Shown here one piece after another: positions 61,190 through 64,000 of a stretch of DNA of 64,000 nucleotides (positions are counted from its first letter, which is position 1; the number at the start of each line of letters is the position of its first letter). The translations under genes and the position numbers were made by a program. The notes beneath the pieces are model-generated. The model was not told the origin of the DNA. It saw nothing but the letters and a program-made list of their open reading frames with translations, and ran no database searches. The DNA is from Trichosphaerium sp. ATCC 40318 (taxonomy: Eukaryota > Protista > Tubulinea), in assembly GCA_038496445.1 (NCBI GenBank), contig JALMLS010000466.1:124001-188000 (forward strand). The letters run 5' to 3'.

Positions 61190-62200
61190 ACAGATCTACC
61201 GCAAGTGGGATGTTTCTTTCCACTCTGAGCTTACAAAACGAAAACACGTGTTAGAATTTCCAACTCAATAATGTGCTGGCGGGTTCATAAGAAAAAAACT
61301 CCCGGTTCATTCGAATTTCAACTTTTTTCAACGCAACCATACACACTGCAGTCAACTTTTATTGTTTGTTTCTTTTTTACATGTATGGGAATCATGCTCA
61401 ACATTGTATACAAACAGCAAAATCTCATATTGAAGCATTTGATAGGCCAGGACATGACGAAATTCACAGCGTCCACATTTTTCTGTTTTTTGTAGCAGTG
61501 TCCATGAATTGATCACGCACCACCTGAGATAATACAAAATAACGTGATATGGTTGGTGTATATGCAAGTGACGTAGAGTGTTCAATACAAGACCCCATTG
61601 AGAATATCAATGTCATTAAAATGAGTGACATACATTTCCCCACGTACTGAAATTTGAGAGTTTGGTAGTAATGCACACACTTGTAGTCATTGTAAGACTC
61701 TAAAATGTCTACAAGATTAGTGCTAGGGCAATAGAATAGATGTAGCTTCAGTTATGGATCTTTGGAGTTGTCACATAATACACATGCAGTGACACGCAAA
61801 ATTCAAGCAAACGGGCAGACACTTAAATACGTACCCTTTGTGTTGAATCCAACGTTGCGCCTATTGATTGGTCGTTTTTTGAAACTTTCGCTACTAAAAT
61901 CGTTGGTACGATAAACGAAGTGTTGTAGAAGATCCTTTATGAATTGTAACGCGATAAGTTGTGTACAAGCTTGTTAAACCAGAAAATGTTGTAATGTACA
62001 CTAAACGACACGCCATGACAAACTACGTACTGTTTTTATGCCACGTGATTAAGTTGTATGAATGGGTTCGTAAAGTTAAGTCGTACGAATGGGGATATTA
62101 AGGCTTAGGATCTCGGCAGATGTGTAACGTGCAACAGCATACGTTACTATTCTCTGATTACATTTAATCATGAGATTAATGAACATTAAAATGTATTCCT
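61190..62200 (-). mobile_element. Putative decayed piggyBac-like transposase (longest relic in window)
   Basis: In order, with stops and frameshifts: NQRIVTY, PKP*YPHSYDL, HFVYRTNDFSS, MYVTHFNDIDILN, YYLRWCVINSW, EFRHVLAYQML, DCSVW..NIPL. Confidence 0.5.
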
Positions 62201-62448
62201 GAATTATGTAATGACCTTTAATAACTACGCTATTATCCTACAACTAAGGCCACGTCTCTCTTACACGTATTCTCATCTTTCGTGTGCCCTATAACGTTTC
62301 ATAATGGCATCAGTCTGAAGTAGGAGTTTGATACTCAGGAACGAATGTGGTGAGGAATAAAGCGCCCTGCTAAAACACAAAAAAGTATTCCGAATTTCGC
62401 TGAAAAATGGTTTTAGAAGATACCTCACAATAACACAGCAAACAGCCC

Positions 62449-64000
62449 ATGGACGACCCTGAATTTAAAGAGGAGCTTCAAAAGCTCAACGACATACATG
62501 ATAGCGGTTTTATATTCGAGGATGAATACAAGCGTCGTAAAGCAGATCTTTATGCGCGTTTTGGCGTTGGTACGTTCCTGCCCTTTTTTAAAACCCTACA
62601 AGCGATATTACGTACGCTCACACGCCTTTAGATGCAAATACGGCCTCAGAAACGGCGAATACAGACACCAGCACAACTATAAATACTTACGAACAACCAA
62701 ACGACCCATACGGTTTTACACCAACTATAGATTAGTACGTGAATAGTTGTCACGACCTGTTTTCGCCTAACGGTTTTGAGTAGCAACAACGCCTTTGATC
62801 AACAACAAACATACAACCCTGTAGTAGAAGAACCAAACCAACATGACGTAAACCCATACGGTTATCAACCGGATCCGTACGCCTCTGTATATGATATGTA
62901 CTCTACGCCAGTTCAAAAGCAAGTCATTTTGTTCTTATTGTCTCTCTTTTCGCTTATTACTCCTTTGTAGTGTAGTTGAGGAACCTACAAACTCAGTACA
63001 GGATGCTTATGATCAGTACGGAACTCAATCCCAGCCAACGAACCCATCTGGATACAGTGACTATTCAGCAGAGCCATACGGTTTCACTAACTCGATTGTT
63101 CCTAATCCTACTGGACTTAACGACTCTTCTATGCCTGAGCCAACTAGCAATGAAGTATCAGACTCTTACACCAGTTCAGTACCGCAGAATGTTTACCAAT
63201 ACGAGTTTACTACTTTGAACGTTTCAAATCCTACTGGACATAACGACCATTTGGCACCTGAACCACAAGATATAAATTATGGTTATGGTTCTCCAAGCCA
63301 TAGCGAGGTGTCTACATTCTCTACAGATGTTAATCTTGGATCTGAGACATCATCTGTAATGAGTGAACACTCACATTATAGCGGTGGTGATAAACAGGTA
63401 CAGTTTTTATTCCATGCCATTTTTTTTTCTTTTTATTGATGTGTGATACACCAGGGACCGGATCCAATACCACAGTACACTGGTAATGACGAAGTTAAAC
63501 CGGGTAATACTGTCCCATGGCCAAGAGATGACTATATCAATAATACACCAAACAAAGAAATACAAGCTGACGGAGTATACCTTCACTACAGAGACAAAAG
63601 AGGTTACTACCAATCAAAAAGGTTGACTAATACAAATATGCCTTCTGGAAGTATTGCTAAAATGTTTGGACTAGTACAGGTATGTCATTTTTACTTAAGT
63701 AATGTAAACGCCGGCACGAGCATTCACACGTGTGTTTAGGCTGTAGTACAAAAATGGAATGCATCAACAAAACAATTTACGACTATCGATTGCAGTAAAC
63801 CTATTCCACGTGGTCATTACGAAGTAAGAGAGGCACACCATCACTTTCACAGGAAATGGACTTGTGATATTAAAACGTACGGGAGCTAACAATACTCTTG
63901 AGACATAAGAAGGGCTATTTTTTTTTGAATACTACACATTCATGAATTTACGACGAAGATAGTGCCGATCCATACTCACCATCATCAGTTTTCCCTTGGG
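62449..64000 (+). CDS. Partial multi-exon gene with N-terminal SHOCT-like motif and long N/P/Y/S-rich region
   Basis: EELQKLNDIHDSGFIFEDEYKRRKADL; in-frame low-complexity exons; appears to run off window end. Confidence 0.7.

Noticed and set aside
63100-63265. Duplicated NPTGxND..PEP segment
   Set aside because: Ordinary two-copy internal repeat in a low-complexity coding region
1-64000. Alternative genetic code or stop read-through to explain the fragmented ORFs
   Set aside because: The fragments are explained by short canonical introns; TAA, TAG and TGA each end well-supported genes
1-64000. tRNA, rRNA, CRISPR arrays, telomeric repeats, intact transposons
   Set aside because: None recognised by eye; poly-A/T runs are intronic or intergenic homopolymers

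Overview
Gene-dense, AT-rich eukaryotic (protist-like) nuclear DNA. It holds about 33 protein-coding genes, most split by many short GT-AG introns (about 30-200 nt, donor often GTAC/GTACGT), so the ORF track shows only fragments. TAA, TAG and TGA all end genes, consistent with the standard code. Recognisable genes: PNKP (with an extra PBZ finger), 2OG-Fe(II) oxygenase, RhoGEF, class 3 lipase, DJ-1/Hsp31, AK6, F-box-UEV fusion, universal stress protein, bacterial-type HD protein, PB1-TPR-UBA protein, Ser/Thr kinase, pseudo-USP, ankyrin-OGFOD2 fusion, trypsin-like protease, ZCCHC17, NUP85, RPL41, NAE1, SAM50, SNRNP35, IQ-BAG, a TRPV-like channel, a divergent eIF2-alpha, ARP4, HemC, an RCC1-repeat protein, a ZNHIT1-like protein, ADAT3 and SNRNP40. 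Most notable observations: (1) many larger intergenic gaps appear to hold heavily decayed piggyBac-like transposase fragments; (2) a full-length eIF2-alpha has Ala at the Ser51 position; (3) two introns are strongly structured and may host ncRNAs; (4) a U12-type intron plus SNRNP35 point to a minor spliceosome; (5) several pseudo-enzymes and unusual fusions; (6) intron-rich genes of bacterial type; (7) a large excess of CACGTG. All gene models were assembled by eye, so some boundaries are approximate. No database searches were run; family calls rest on recalled motifs.
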